Origin: Candidatus Dojkabacteria bacterium
GTDB taxonomy: Bacteria > Patescibacteriota > Dojkabacteria > SC72
Assembly: GCA_050950165.1 (NCBI GenBank)
Contig: JBMNHC010000001.1
Span: forward strand, 191,151-255,150
Reading direction: 5' to 3'
DNA length: 64,000 bases
Made by a program: the position numbers and the translations under genes. The notes beneath the pieces are model-generated. The model ran no database searches. It saw only the letters and a list, made by a program, of their open reading frames with translations, and had not been told where the DNA came from. Each line of letters begins with the position of its first letter. The first letter of the stretch is position 1. Shown here piece after piece: positions 29,612 through 39,640 of the stretch.

Positions 29612-30055
29612 TTACTTTATAGTCCCTCCTACTTTCAATAGTTTCTCCTTAGCACTAGTAGAAAGAGGGATACCTTCTACTACAACTTTCTTCGTAATAT
29701 CACCAGAACCCAATATCTTAACTAGTTTTGTACTCTTAGAAATTAATGCTTTCTCCTTCAAGGACTCAATACTAACAACCTCATTTGCCTTAAAGTTCTT
29801 TTCCAAAACATCCAAATTTACAGCAGTAGCCTCAATCTTATCCGACTTTTTAAAACCCTTTCTCTTAGGCATTCTTCTAAAGAAAGGAACATTACCTCCT
29901 TCAAAAAATACTAAGGACTTATGTCCAGCTCTAGATTTTTGCCCCTTACTTCCTCTTGTAGAAGTATGACCTCCTACTCCAGATCCATACCCTCTACCAA
30001 CTCTCTTTCCTTTCGTTATTCTCTTTTTCCTTTTTGGAATATTCTCTAAATACAT
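29612..30055 (-). CDS. rplO: 50S ribosomal protein L15
   Basis: RVGRGYGSG, GQKSRAG, FEGG, VKILGSG. Confidence 0.98.
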   Translation of the reverse strand: MYLENIPKRKKRITKGKRVGRGYGSGVGGHTSTRGSKGQKSRAGHKSLVFFEGGNVPFFRRMPKRKGFKKSDKIEATAVNLDVLEKNFKANEVVSIESLKEKALISKSTKLVKILGSGDITKKVVVEGIPLSTSAKEKLLKVGGTIK

Positions 30056-30072
30056 AAATCTATATTAATACT

Positions 30073-30705
30073 TTAACTCTTCTTTGTCTTTTTAACAGGC
30101 TTTGTTGCTCTCTTTTCTTTCCTCTCTTTCTTTTTCTGCTCTTTTTTCTCTGCTCTCTTTTTCTCCTCCTTAATCTTTCTCTCTTTATCTACCTCTTTCT
30201 TTGCCTCTACCCTATCTCTCATATTTTTCATCCTAGAAAGAACCCTTGCATTTCTTAATCTCTTTAAAGCCTCGTATGTTGCATAAGCAGAAACTATTGA
30301 ATCTGTAGTACCTAGTAATTTACCATACACATTCTCTATACCTGCTAACTCCAAAACAACCCTAACTGATGAACCAGCAATTACACCAGTACCAGGTCTT
30401 GCAGGCCTAAGTAGAACCTTTGCTGCTCCCTCCTTATGCAAAATCTCATGAGGGATAGTGTCACCTACTAATTGAATCTTCTTCATTTTCTTTGTTGCAA
30501 TTCTCTCTCCTTTCTCTACAGCACTCTTAGTATCTACTCCCCTACCTAATCCAACTCCAACAGACCCTGCACGATCTCCAACAACTACCATTGCACTAAA
30601 TCTAAGCCTCTTTCCACCCTTAGTTACTTTAGCAACTCTGCGAATAGAGACAGTTTTCTTATCATATGCAGATCTCTCTTTTTGAGTTTTACTTTTATTA
30701 AACAT
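30073..30705 (-). CDS. rpsE: 30S ribosomal protein S5 with Lys/Glu-rich tail
   Basis: RVAKVTKGGKR, VVVGD, PGTGVIAG. Confidence 0.97.
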   Translation of the reverse strand: MFNKSKTQKERSAYDKKTVSIRRVAKVTKGGKRLRFSAMVVVGDRAGSVGVGLGRGVDTKSAVEKGERIATKKMKKIQLVGDTIPHEILHKEGAAKVLLRPARPGTGVIAGSSVRVVLELAGIENVYGKLLGTTDSIVSAYATYEALKRLRNARVLSRMKNMRDRVEAKKEVDKERKIKEEKKRAEKKEQKKKERKEKRATKPVKKTKKS

Positions 30706-30717
30706 TCAATTATTTAA

Positions 30718-31047
30718 CTAAATCTTAATTCCATTCTTCTTTAGCTCCTCTACAAACAGAGCTATTAACCCATGATATCTATACCCACTTCTATCAAATA
30801 CCACCTCTTTAATCTTCTTCTTCTTTAAATCAGAAGCAAACTTTTTAGACATCTCAACTATCCCCTCTCTTCTCCTCTCTGCTCTCTCTCCCATCAGTAC
30901 AACACCTTTCTCATCATCAGCAACTCCACTATAAAAGTATCTGTTGCTTTTAAAAACAAATACCCTTGGTTTATCAGAACTACCTACTAGATTCTTTCTA
31001 ATATGCATCTTTCTTCTCTCTCTTTTTTCTGCTTTATTCTTTTTCAT
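30718..31047 (-). CDS. rplR: 50S ribosomal protein L18
   Basis: PRVFVFKSN, VVFDRSGYRYHG. Confidence 0.96.
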   Translation of the reverse strand: MKKNKAEKRERRKMHIRKNLVGSSDKPRVFVFKSNRYFYSGVADDEKGVVLMGERAERRREGIVEMSKKFASDLKKKKIKEVVFDRSGYRYHGLIALFVEELKKNGIKI

Positions 31048-31048
31048 A

Positions 31049-31591
31049 CTATGCTATTACACTTGATTTAGAACTCTTTCTTCTAACATACTCTCCCTCA
31101 TATCTAATACCCTTACCTTTGTAAGGCTCAGGCTTTCTAATACCTCTAATCTTTGCTGCAAATTGCCCAACCCCCTGTTTATCATGACCTTTAATTACAA
31201 TCTTTGTTTCTTCTGGTACTTCAATTTTAATACCCTCTGGACTCTCTACCTTAACAGGATGATTCCAACCCAAATTCATCACAAGAGTCTCTCCTTCCAT
31301 CTTTGCTCTGTACCCTACACCTACTAATTCTAATCTTTTCTCAAAATCTTCTTTTATTCCCTTTACTGCATTTGCAAGAATTGCTCTAAAAGTACCATGC
31401 AAAGACTTAGTAAGTTTCTCATCATCAACTCTAGTAAGAAGCAAAGCATTCTCCTTTACCTCTGCCTTTAATTGCTCTGGTAATCTAACAACATTCTCCT
31501 TACCAGATCCAGAAACAACTACCTTTCTTCCATCTACTACTACTTCTACTCCTTCTTCTATTGTTATTGGGGCTAACCCTATTCTAGACAT
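31049..31591 (-). CDS. rplF: 50S ribosomal protein L6
   Basis: MSRIG, GVGYRA, PEPYKGKGIRY. Confidence 0.98.
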   Translation of the reverse strand: MSRIGLAPITIEEGVEVVVDGRKVVVSGSGKENVVRLPEQLKAEVKENALLLTRVDDEKLTKSLHGTFRAILANAVKGIKEDFEKRLELVGVGYRAKMEGETLVMNLGWNHPVKVESPEGIKIEVPEETKIVIKGHDKQGVGQFAAKIRGIRKPEPYKGKGIRYEGEYVRRKSSKSSVIA

Positions 31592-31599
31592 CTCTTTAA

Positions 31600-31977
31600 T
31601 TACCAAACTTTACATATTAACTCTCCTCCTAATTTCTCACTCTTGGCTTGAGAGCCTGTCATGAGACCTTTGGAGGTAGAAATAATGGAAATACCTCTAC
31701 CATTCATAACTGGTACAATCTCTCTACTACTAACATATATTCTTTGTCCAGGACTACTAACTCTTTTAAACTTAGTCACTACTGGCTCAGAACCATCATA
31801 TTTTACAACTACCTCAATATTCTGCCCCTCTGTTTTAAAATCTTCTATCATTTCTTCTTCCTTAAGAACTCTTAAAAGCTCACCATTCATCTTAGTAAGA
31901 GGTACTAATACTGATTCCTTTCTTCTCTCTATTCCATTTTGTAATCTAGCTAAAAAATCTGCTACTAAATCGTTCAT
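31600..31977 (-). CDS. rpsH: 30S ribosomal protein S8
   Basis: ADFLARL, SSPGQRIY, STSKGLMT, GGELIC. Confidence 0.98.
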   Translation of the reverse strand: MNDLVADFLARLQNGIERRKESVLVPLTKMNGELLRVLKEEEMIEDFKTEGQNIEVVVKYDGSEPVVTKFKRVSSPGQRIYVSSREIVPVMNGRGISIISTSKGLMTGSQAKSEKLGGELICKVW

Positions 31978-31994
31978 TGTATATATTTAATAAA

Positions 31995-32189
31995 TTACCA
32001 TATTGCTTTTTTAACACCAGGAACTTTACCATCACTGGCCAACTTCCTAAAACAAATTCTACATATTCCATAATGTCGTATATATCCTCTTGCTCTACCA
32101 CAAAGTTCACACCTGTTATATACCCTGGTTCTAAACTTTGATTTTTTCTTCAATTGTTTAGCTTTATGCTCTTTAGCTTCTGTTGACAT
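31995..32189 (-). CDS. rpsN: 30S ribosomal protein S14, zinc-binding type
   Basis: RCELCGR...CRICFR; start ATG 32189. Confidence 0.96.
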   Translation of the reverse strand: MSTEAKEHKAKQLKKKSKFRTRVYNRCELCGRARGYIRHYGICRICFRKLASDGKVPGVKKAIW

Positions 32190-32727
32190 CTCTCTTAAAT
32201 GGGAACCCAAACTTATCTAAAAATAGCTTAGCCTCTTTATCACTCTTTGCAGTTGTTACAATAACTACTTGTAAACTTCTAACTCTTCGAATATTGTTAG
32301 CATCAATCTCTGGAAATACTGTATGATCCTCAATACCAACGGAGTAGTTTCCTGCACCATCAAATGCCTCTGGATCAAGACCTCTAAAATCTTTTACCCT
32401 AGGAAATACTACATTAACTAACTTATCAAAGAACTCCCACATTCTCTCTCCTCTTAAAATTACAGAAACCCCTATCTCCATACCTTCTCTAATCTTAAAA
32501 GCAGACACAGCCTTTTTAGCTCTGTTTACTACTGGCTTCTGCCCAGTAATCTGTGTAACAATACCAACAATATCTTCTAATGCCTCTGCCTCTTTAATAG
32601 CGGCACCAGCACCAACATTTACTACTATCTTCTTCAGAGTAGGTACCTCCATTACATTGGTGTATCCCTGCTCTTTCATTAGCTCATTCCTTATTCTATT
32701 GTTATATTCATCTCTTAATCTTGCCAT
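32173..32727 (-). CDS. rplE: 50S ribosomal protein L5
   Basis: [28 protein letters not shown]. Confidence 0.98.
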   Translation of the reverse strand: MARLRDEYNNRIRNELMKEQGYTNVMEVPTLKKIVVNVGAGAAIKEAEALEDIVGIVTQITGQKPVVNRAKKAVSAFKIREGMEIGVSVILRGERMWEFFDKLVNVVFPRVKDFRGLDPEAFDGAGNYSVGIEDHTVFPEIDANNIRRVRSLQVVIVTTAKSDKEAKLFLDKFGFPFKRDVNRS

Positions 32728-32729
32728 AT

Positions 32730-33137
32730 TTATTTTGTTTCTTTCTTACTTTTAACTACTTTCTTCTTAGTTTCAGTTTTCTTTTTAGCTTTAACCTTCT
32801 TAACCTCTTTCTTCTTCTCTTCTTTTACAACCTCAATACTCTTATTACACTTCTTACAAATTCTAACAACACTATCCTTCTCTCTTTTTATTCCAACCCT
32901 AGTACTCTTACCACAGCTATTACAAACCATCATCACCTTAGACACATCCATAGGTTTTGTTATATTTAATATCTCTGACACCTTACCCCTTCCATCTCCT
33001 TTTACATGCCTCTTATACATATTTACTCCCTCAACAACAACCTTAGCCCTCTTAATATCTACAGCAACAACCTTACCCTGCTTACCAGCATCTTTACCAT
33101 ACAAAACTTTTACCATATCTCCCTTTTTAATCTTCAT
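32730..33137 (-). CDS. rplX: 50S ribosomal protein L24 with Lys-rich tail
   Basis: MKIKKGD, GKDAGKQG, VVEGVN; start ATG 33137. Confidence 0.96.
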   Translation of the reverse strand: MKIKKGDMVKVLYGKDAGKQGKVVAVDIKRAKVVVEGVNMYKRHVKGDGRGKVSEILNITKPMDVSKVMMVCNSCGKSTRVGIKREKDSVVRICKKCNKSIEVVKEEKKKEVKKVKAKKKTETKKKVVKSKKETK

Positions 33138-33153
33138 TTTTATTTTTATTAAA

Positions 33154-33522
33154 TTACAATACTTCTGGTGCAAGAGATACAATCTTATCAAAACCCTTCT
33201 CCTTTAACTCTCTTGCTACTGGACCCAATATTCTAGTCCCTCTAGGATTTTTCTTATTATCTATTATTACTGCCGCATTATCATCAAACCTAATATATGA
33301 TCCATCTACTCTCTTATGTTCTTTCTTTACCCTAACTACTACTGCAAGTAACATCTCATGTCTCTTAACAGCACTATTTGGTAAAGCTTTTTGTATAGAG
33401 ACCTTCACAATATCTCCCAACCCTGCATACCTAACCCTAGAGTATCCAGGGATACCAATAACCTTCCCTATCTTTGCTCCACTGTTATCCACTATTTTTA
33501 AAAATGTTTCTCTTTGTACCAT
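33154..33522 (-). CDS. rplN: 50S ribosomal protein L14
   Basis: [34 protein letters not shown]. Confidence 0.98.
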   Translation of the reverse strand: MVQRETFLKIVDNSGAKIGKVIGIPGYSRVRYAGLGDIVKVSIQKALPNSAVKRHEMLLAVVVRVKKEHKRVDGSYIRFDDNAAVIIDNKKNPRGTRILGPVARELKEKGFDKIVSLAPEVL

Positions 33523-33524
33523 AT

Positions 33525-33776
33525 CTATTTCTTTACAACTATCCATCTAACATTCTTAGAGTAAGGCCTAGACTCTCTAATTACTACCTTATCTCCAATT
33601 TCTAACTCCTCATCAGTACGAGCAAAGAAGATCTTTCTTCTGTTAATTACCTTCTTGTAGACAGGATGAGACTGAGTAGTATCTACTCTAACCTTTACAG
33701 TCTTCTCCATCTTGTTGTTCACCACAACTCCTTCTAATTCTCTTTTCTTTCCCTTCTTGCTCTCACTATTTTCCAT
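33525..33776 (-). CDS. rpsQ: 30S ribosomal protein S17
   Basis: GVVV, KMEKT, HPVYKK, ESRPYSK. Confidence 0.97.
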   Translation of the reverse strand: MENSESKKGKKRELEGVVVNNKMEKTVKVRVDTTQSHPVYKKVINRRKIFFARTDEELEIGDKVVIRESRPYSKNVRWIVVKK

Positions 33777-33814
33777 TTTTATTTATATATATTTTATCTA
33801 TTAAAACGGCTTGT

Positions 33815-33843
33815 ATTCTACCAATTAAAAGCTTTTATCTCAA
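33815..33843 (-). promoter_or_regulatory. Candidate internal promoter at the usual rpmC position
   Basis: TTGAGA-17 bp-TAGAAT in the 69-bp rplP-rpsQ gap. Confidence 0.6.
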
Positions 33844-33845
33844 CC

Positions 33846-34259
33846 CTAATTCTCTTTTTTAGATACAAACTTAGTCTTTACTGAAAGCTTCTGAGCACCA
33901 AGTCTCATAGCCTCCATAGCTTCTTGCCTATCTACACCACTAATCTCAAAAAGAACTGTACCTGGTCTTACTACTGCAACATATCCTTCTACCTCACCCT
34001 TTCCTGCAATCATCTTACTGTTAGTACCCTTCTGAGTATATGGTTTGTGAGGAAAAATCTTAATCCACACCTTACCCTTTCTCTTCATAGATCCTGTAAT
34101 TGCTCTTCTAGCAGCTTCAATCTCTCTAGATTTTATCCATCCAGACTGAGCTGACTTAAGACCATATTCACCGAAGGTAATTGTGCTATTTACAGTAGCA
34201 ATACCTCCCATTTTTCCTCTCATCTCTTTCCTATATTTTCTTTTCTTTGGTTGTAGCAT
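33846..34259 (-). CDS. rplP: 50S ribosomal protein L16
   Basis: MLQPKKRKYRK, EAARRA, IFPHKP. Confidence 0.98.
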   Translation of the reverse strand: MLQPKKRKYRKEMRGKMGGIATVNSTITFGEYGLKSAQSGWIKSREIEAARRAITGSMKRKGKVWIKIFPHKPYTQKGTNSKMIAGKGEVEGYVAVVRPGTVLFEISGVDRQEAMEAMRLGAQKLSVKTKFVSKKEN

Positions 34260-34278
34260 ACTTGTATATTAAAATATA

Positions 34279-34920
34279 TTACTCTTCAATATCTGTTTTA
34301 TCTCCCTTATATACCCACACTTTTATACCCATTAATCCTGCATCTAGAGTCTCTGCTGTTCCCTCTGCATAGTCGATATCTGCCTTAAATGTCTGAACAG
34401 GTACTGACCCAGCATTTACCTTAACTGTTCTAGCTTGACTAGCATTATTAATACGACCAGATACCCATATCCTTATTCCCTTAGCACCTGCCATCATAGC
34501 TTTCTCTTTTGCATTAGCAACTAAAAGCTTAGAAGGCTGTCTCCTTTGGATACCTTCCGCTATTGAATCTGCAATTATCTTTGCTGAAAGATCTGCCTTC
34601 TTTACCTCTCTAATTTTAACCTCAACATCCTTCTTGGTCATTTTGGAAAGTTTCTTCTGTAAAAGATCTATACCTTCTCCTCCTCTACCGATAGCTACAC
34701 CTGGTCTAGCAACAAAAATCTCTATCTCTATCTTATTTAAAGTCCTTTTAATAGTAATATTATCTATACCAGCATCTTTCATCTTTTCAGATACCATCTT
34801 CTTAATCTTTACATCTTCAGCAAAAATATCTGCATACTTTGCTTTTCTTGCATACCAAACAGAATCCCATGTCTTGTTCAATCCCATTCGTACTGCATTT
34901 ACATTAACTTTTCTTCCCAT
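34279..34920 (-). CDS. rpsC: 30S ribosomal protein S3
   Basis: MGRKVN, ARPGVAIGRGG, GIKVWVY. Confidence 0.98.
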   Translation of the reverse strand: MGRKVNVNAVRMGLNKTWDSVWYARKAKYADIFAEDVKIKKMVSEKMKDAGIDNITIKRTLNKIEIEIFVARPGVAIGRGGEGIDLLQKKLSKMTKKDVEVKIREVKKADLSAKIIADSIAEGIQRRQPSKLLVANAKEKAMMAGAKGIRIWVSGRINNASQARTVKVNAGSVPVQTFKADIDYAEGTAETLDAGLMGIKVWVYKGDKTDIEE

Positions 34921-35261
34921 TACTTTACACTTAATTCTAAATTAATATGTGATCTTCTCTTCTTTATTCTAGAAACTCTCCCTTTAGAAGCAAATCTCCA
35001 TCTCTTCAATATCGGAGCCTCATCTACAGAGAGATGAGATATTACTAAATCTCCTTCATCTACATTAAACATCTCTTTTGCACTAGCAATTGCATTCAAC
35101 ATTGCCTCTTTTAGTACCTTAATTCCCTTCCTGTTTTCTACCTGAAGAATATCAAGAGCCTCTGAGACACTTTTACCCCTAAGCATATCTGCAACTAATC
35201 TCAACTTCTGTGGAGACTGTGCAATATTTTTTACTTTTATCTTTGTACTTTTAACTTCCAT
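34920..35261 (-). CDS. rplV: 50S ribosomal protein L22
   Basis: SPQKLRLVADMLRG, KRRSHI. Confidence 0.97.
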   Translation of the reverse strand: MEVKSTKIKVKNIAQSPQKLRLVADMLRGKSVSEALDILQVENRKGIKVLKEAMLNAIASAKEMFNVDEGDLVISHLSVDEAPILKRWRFASKGRVSRIKKRRSHINLELSVK

Positions 35262-35277
35262 ATATATTTTCTAAATA

Positions 35278-35583
35278 TTATTCTTCAAATCTACCGCTAC
35301 TACCGTAGACCTTAGCTAATTTACCTTTCTTTGCATGACCTCTAAACTTTCTAGTAGCTACAAACTCTCCTAACTTATGCCCTATCATTGACTCTTCAAT
35401 TAAAACATCCTCATGCTTCTTTCCTCCATGTACTGCAAATGTCAAACCAACCATCTCTGGTGTAATCGTAGATGCTCTAGCCCACGTTTTAATAGGTTTT
35501 CTACTTCCACTCTTAAGAGCCTCTTCTACTTTCTTCTGTATATTTTTATCTACAAATGGTCCTTTTTTTAGTGATCTTGACAT
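35278..35583 (-). CDS. rpsS: 30S ribosomal protein S19
   Basis: [21 protein letters not shown]. Confidence 0.98.
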   Translation of the reverse strand: MSRSLKKGPFVDKNIQKKVEEALKSGSRKPIKTWARASTITPEMVGLTFAVHGGKKHEDVLIEESMIGHKLGEFVATRKFRGHAKKGKLAKVYGSSGRFEE

Positions 35584-35600
35584 ACCTAAAAATCAAAAAA

Positions 35601-36449
35601 TTATTTCTTAGCAAAAGGCCTTGTCTTAGTCCTTCTCCTCTTTATTATATATTTATCTGTTCTCTTGTTCTTTCTTGTTCTTGTTCCAATTCTGTTACCC
35701 CAAATATCTTTAGCCTGACCGATAGAACCCTTACCCTCACCACCACCGTGTGGATGCTCTACTGAGTGCATAGCCATACCTCTAACTGTAGGTCTCCAAC
35801 CCAAGTTCCTCTTTCTACCTGCCTTACCTAATTTAATGTTAAGGTTGTCTTCATTTCCTACCTGTCCAATTGTTGCCATAGCGTCTGCTGGTACTAACCT
35901 AATCTCTCCAGAAGACATCTTAATCTGTACATACTTACCTGTAGGATCGATACCCTGTACTACTATCTCCTGTCCTGCAGATCTACCAAATGTCGCTCCC
36001 TTCCCAACCCTATTCTCTACACAGTGAACAACTGTACCAGATGGAATATTCTTTATTCTCATTGCATTACCTGGTAAAAGATCAACCTTCTCACCAGAGA
36101 CTAAAACATCTCCAACACTGACTCCCTTTGGAGCAATTATATATCTTTTATCTCCATCAACATACTGTAAAAGTGCCAAGTAAGCTGTTCTGTTAGGATC
36201 AAAGTAAAGACCTACTACTTTTCCTTCAATGCCAAACTTATCTCTTTTAAAGTCAATAACTCTAATTCTTCTCTTAAAACCACCTCCTCTATGCCTTACA
36301 GTTATCTTCCCTTGGTTATTCCTTCCTGCTTTTTGCTTCTTAGGCAAAGTTAACCTCCTTGGACCTGACTTCTTCTCTAAATGAGACCTGTCTTCCAACT
36401 TGGTTCCTCTGCGTGTTGAAGTTGTAGCTTTAAATGATCTAACTGCCAT
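35601..36449 (-). CDS. rplB: 50S ribosomal protein L2
   Basis: GRNNQGKITVRHRGGG, DPNR, HPHGGGEG. Confidence 0.98.
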   Translation of the reverse strand: MAVRSFKATTSTRRGTKLEDRSHLEKKSGPRRLTLPKKQKAGRNNQGKITVRHRGGGFKRRIRVIDFKRDKFGIEGKVVGLYFDPNRTAYLALLQYVDGDKRYIIAPKGVSVGDVLVSGEKVDLLPGNAMRIKNIPSGTVVHCVENRVGKGATFGRSAGQEIVVQGIDPTGKYVQIKMSSGEIRLVPADAMATIGQVGNEDNLNIKLGKAGRKRNLGWRPTVRGMAMHSVEHPHGGGEGKGSIGQAKDIWGNRIGTRTRKNKRTDKYIIKRRRTKTRPFAKK

Positions 36450-36450
36450 A

Positions 36451-36744
36451 TTAAGTATTTAAAAATTCATCAATTTTATCTCCCTTTTTAAGAGTTACAA
36501 CAGCTTTTCTAATATCACTCCTTCTACCTTTTCTATTTGTCCTCATATCAACCTTCATCTTCCCAGGTTTAATTACAATATTTACATTCTCTACAACAAC
36601 CTTATATTTCTTCTCTATTTCATCTTTAATCTCAATCTTATTAGCCTGTTTACCAACTACAAAAGTATATTTATTTTCAGCATTAGCAAGAGCATAGCTC
36701 TTTTCCGATATTACTGGCTTTATTACTATACTTTTATTTTTCAT
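36451..36744 (-). CDS. rplW: 50S ribosomal protein L23
   Basis: PVISEKS, YTF, ANKIEIK, KAVVTL. Confidence 0.97.
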   Translation of the reverse strand: MKNKSIVIKPVISEKSYALANAENKYTFVVGKQANKIEIKDEIEKKYKVVVENVNIVIKPGKMKVDMRTNRKGRRSDIRKAVVTLKKGDKIDEFLNT

Positions 36745-37342
36745 TCCCTAATCTTTCTTCTAATACCTTAATTGCTTCGTTATCAACTAATATCTTTTTT
36801 GCATCAACAACATGCTTTACATTAACCTTTAAAGGATCTCTTACTGTAGCATTAGTTGTATTCCTTAAAGCTAGAGATACATTCTGCTCAGCAGAGATGA
36901 ATAAAGTTTTAGAATCTATATCCTTAGTTAAAGTAGATCTTAATTCCTTAAGTTCTTTATCACTATCTATATTTACAAACTCTAAATCTTTATCACTTAA
37001 TCTTTTAGAAAGCATCACACACAAAGCTTTCTTTACCATCTTCTTATTTATCCCCCTCTTCCAATTCCTATCTATCGGTCCAAATGTAACACCTCCACCA
37101 ACCCAAAGAGGAGATCTAATGGAACCAGCTCTCGCTCTACCTGTTCCTTTCTGCCTCCATGGCTTTCTACCTCCACCTCTAACATCTCCTTTACCCTTTA
37201 CTAAAGATGTGCCTTTTCTCTCATTGCTAAAGAAGACATAGAGTACTTGAGCAACTAAATCCTCGTTGTATGGAACTTTCCATACTTTAGGATTTAATTT
37301 TGTCTCTTTACTTTTAGTTGTTTTTACTTCTTTCTTAGGCAT
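36734..37342 (-). CDS. rplD: 50S ribosomal protein L4
   Basis: GGGRKPWRQKGTGRARAGSIRSPLWVGGG. Confidence 0.98.
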   Translation of the reverse strand: MPKKEVKTTKSKETKLNPKVWKVPYNEDLVAQVLYVFFSNERKGTSLVKGKGDVRGGGRKPWRQKGTGRARAGSIRSPLWVGGGVTFGPIDRNWKRGINKKMVKKALCVMLSKRLSDKDLEFVNIDSDKELKELRSTLTKDIDSKTLFISAEQNVSLALRNTTNATVRDPLKVNVKHVVDAKKILVDNEAIKVLEERLGNEK

Positions 37343-37347
37343 ATATA

Positions 37348-37929
37348 TTATTTACTAAAAACTACTACTAAACTTCCATTAGAACCTGGTACTGGACCTC
37401 CAATTAAGATAAAGGTATCCTTTACATCTACAACTTTCTTGTTCTTAAGCGTAATCTTCTTACCTCCCATTCTTCCTGCCATTTTCTTACCTTTAAACAC
37501 CCTACCAGGATCTGCACCTGCTCCAATTGACCCAGGAGCTCTTAATCTATCTGATTGACCATGTGTTCTTGGTCCTCCACCAAAACCCCATCTTTTTACC
37601 ACTCCTGCAAATCCCTTACCTTTAGAGATACCACTTAGAGAAACACTCTCTCCTTTTTCAAATATTTCTCCCTTAACATCACTACCTATTTTCATATCTT
37701 CAGTAGGCTCTATTTTGAATACCTTAGTATATCTAGGTACAAAGCCTAACTCCTTGTACTGACCTTCTAAAGATTTCTTTCCTTTCTTTTTTCCAAGAGC
37801 TAACTCTACCTCTCCATCTCTAATATTGGCTATCTTGCAACCCTCAACATCGATAATAGTGACTGGTACAGCCTTCTCACCGTCAAATACTCTTGTCATT
37901 CCTTTTTTAATTCCTAGTATAGCCTTCAT
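37348..37929 (-). CDS. rplC: 50S ribosomal protein L3
   Basis: KKGMT, SKGKGFAGVVKRWGF, RAPGSIG, KMAGRMG. Confidence 0.98.
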   Translation of the reverse strand: MKAILGIKKGMTRVFDGEKAVPVTIIDVEGCKIANIRDGEVELALGKKKGKKSLEGQYKELGFVPRYTKVFKIEPTEDMKIGSDVKGEIFEKGESVSLSGISKGKGFAGVVKRWGFGGGPRTHGQSDRLRAPGSIGAGADPGRVFKGKKMAGRMGGKKITLKNKKVVDVKDTFILIGGPVPGSNGSLVVVFSK

Positions 37930-37945
37930 TTTCGTATAAATATTA

Positions 37946-38257
37946 TTACTGTATTTCTATCTCAACCCCTGCTGGCATCTGTAGATGCTGAAGCGAATCA
38001 ATGGTCTTTGGGGTAGGATCAATGATATCGATTACCCTCTTATGGGTACCTATCTCAAAATGTTCAATTGAACTCTTATAGATGAATGGAGATCTGTTTA
38101 CTGCCATCTTTCTCCTTTTCGTAGGTAGAGGAATAGGTCCTGCTACCTTTGCACCAGTACTTATCGCAGACTCTATGATACTTTTAGCAGACTTATCCAG
38201 TACTACTGCATCATAACCTCTAAGCTTAACTCGTATTCTTGCTGTTGCATCACTCAT
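37946..38257 (-). CDS. rpsJ: 30S ribosomal protein S10
   Basis: GPIPLPT, RSPF, HKRVIDI. Confidence 0.98.
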   Translation of the reverse strand: MSDATARIRVKLRGYDAVVLDKSAKSIIESAISTGAKVAGPIPLPTKRRKMAVNRSPFIYKSSIEHFEIGTHKRVIDIIDPTPKTIDSLQHLQMPAGVEIEIQ

Positions 38258-38286
38258 TCTATCTTAAAGAGCTAAATTAAACTATT

Positions 38287-38319
38287 AAAGCAGAGAGGTA
38301 AACTTAATTACCTCTCTGC
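38287..38319 (-). terminator. Hairpin/terminator between tuf and rpsJ
   Basis: GCAGAGAGGTAA/TTACCTCTCTGC 12-bp stem with a short T tail on the minus strand. Confidence 0.65.
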
Positions 38320-38327
38320 AGTATTTT

Positions 38328-39506
38328 TTATTTTATAATTTCAGTTACAATTCCCTTACCTACGGTTTGTCCACCCTCACGGATAGCAAATCCTTGCCCC
38401 TTCTCTATTACTACTGGAGCTACTAAGGTTACTGTAAACTCAGTATTATCACCAGGAGCTACTAATTCAACTCCTTCTGAAAGTTTTACCTCTCCTGTGA
38501 CATCTGCTGTTCTAACGTAGAACTGTGGCTTATACCCACTAACAAATGGAGTATGTCTTCCACCTTCCTCTTTGTTCAAGATATATACCTCAGCTTTAAA
38601 CTCTGTATGAGTCTCTACTGAACCAGGCTTGGAAAGAGTTTGACCTCTCTCTACATCTGTTCTCTTAAACCCTCTTAGTAAAATACCTACGTTATCTCCT
38701 GCCTGACACTCTTTCATAGATTTATTAAACATCTCAATACCTGTAACAGCTGTCTTCTGAGGTTTTCTTCCCATTCCTAATACATCAACCTCTTCTGCTA
38801 GCTTAATTACACCTCTCTCTACTCTACCTGTAACAACTGTACCTCTTCCTTCAATAGAGAAGACATCTTCGATAGGCATTAAGAATGGCTTCTCAATATC
38901 TCTCTCTGGCAACTCAATATATTCATCAACCACCTTCATCAACTCCTTAATATCTTCTTTACCCTCTTCCTCTCCATTGAATGCTTTTAGTGCATTACCA
39001 ACAACAATTGGAGTGTCAGCATCATATCCATACTTGTTCAAAAGCTCTTGAATATCTGCTTTGATAAGTTCTAATATCTCATCATCTGCATCTCCAAACT
39101 TGTTAATAAATACTACTAACTTAGGTACACCAACCTGCTTTGCAAGAAGTAAGTGCTCCTTTGTTTGAGGCATAGCACCATCATCAGATGAAACTACTAA
39201 AATTGCTCCATCCATCTGTGCTGCACCCGTGATCATATTCTTAATGTAGTCTTTGTGACCTGGGCAATCTACTAATGCATAGTGCCTGTTATCAGTCTCA
39301 AACTCTACGTGTGCAACTGAGATAGTAATAGACTTGTCTCGAGCCTCTGGATCTTTGTCCAATTTGTCGATCATCTTTGCGTCTATTTGTGCATCCCCTG
39401 AAGAGAATGTCTTAATGATACCGCGAACCAAAGTTGTCTTACCGTGATCGATATGACCTAAGGTTCCGATATTCATGTGTGGCTTTGTTCTATTAAATTC
39501 TGCCAT
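38328..39506 (-). CDS. tuf: Elongation factor Tu (divergent G domain)
   Basis: [46 protein letters not shown]. Confidence 0.97.
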   Translation of the reverse strand: MAEFNRTKPHMNIGTLGHIDHGKTTLVRGIIKTFSSGDAQIDAKMIDKLDKDPEARDKSITISVAHVEFETDNRHYALVDCPGHKDYIKNMITGAAQMDGAILVVSSDDGAMPQTKEHLLLAKQVGVPKLVVFINKFGDADDEILELIKADIQELLNKYGYDADTPIVVGNALKAFNGEEEGKEDIKELMKVVDEYIELPERDIEKPFLMPIEDVFSIEGRGTVVTGRVERGVIKLAEEVDVLGMGRKPQKTAVTGIEMFNKSMKECQAGDNVGILLRGFKRTDVERGQTLSKPGSVETHTEFKAEVYILNKEEGGRHTPFVSGYKPQFYVRTADVTGEVKLSEGVELVAPGDNTEFTVTLVAPVVIEKGQGFAIREGGQTVGKGIVTEIIK

Positions 39507-39593
39507 GAATATAAAATAAATAATTTATATAAATATATTGTTTACCTCTACAATTAATTGTCTACTTAGTATTAATAAGCAAACCTGCGCTGA

Positions 39594-39622
39594 ATATTAT
39601 CAAAAAGACAGAAGATATGCAA
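39594..39622 (-). promoter_or_regulatory. Candidate tuf promoter
   Basis: TTGCAT-17 bp-TAATAT with TG extension in the fusA-tuf gap. Confidence 0.55.
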
Positions 39623-39640
39623 GTATCTAATTACTAATTT

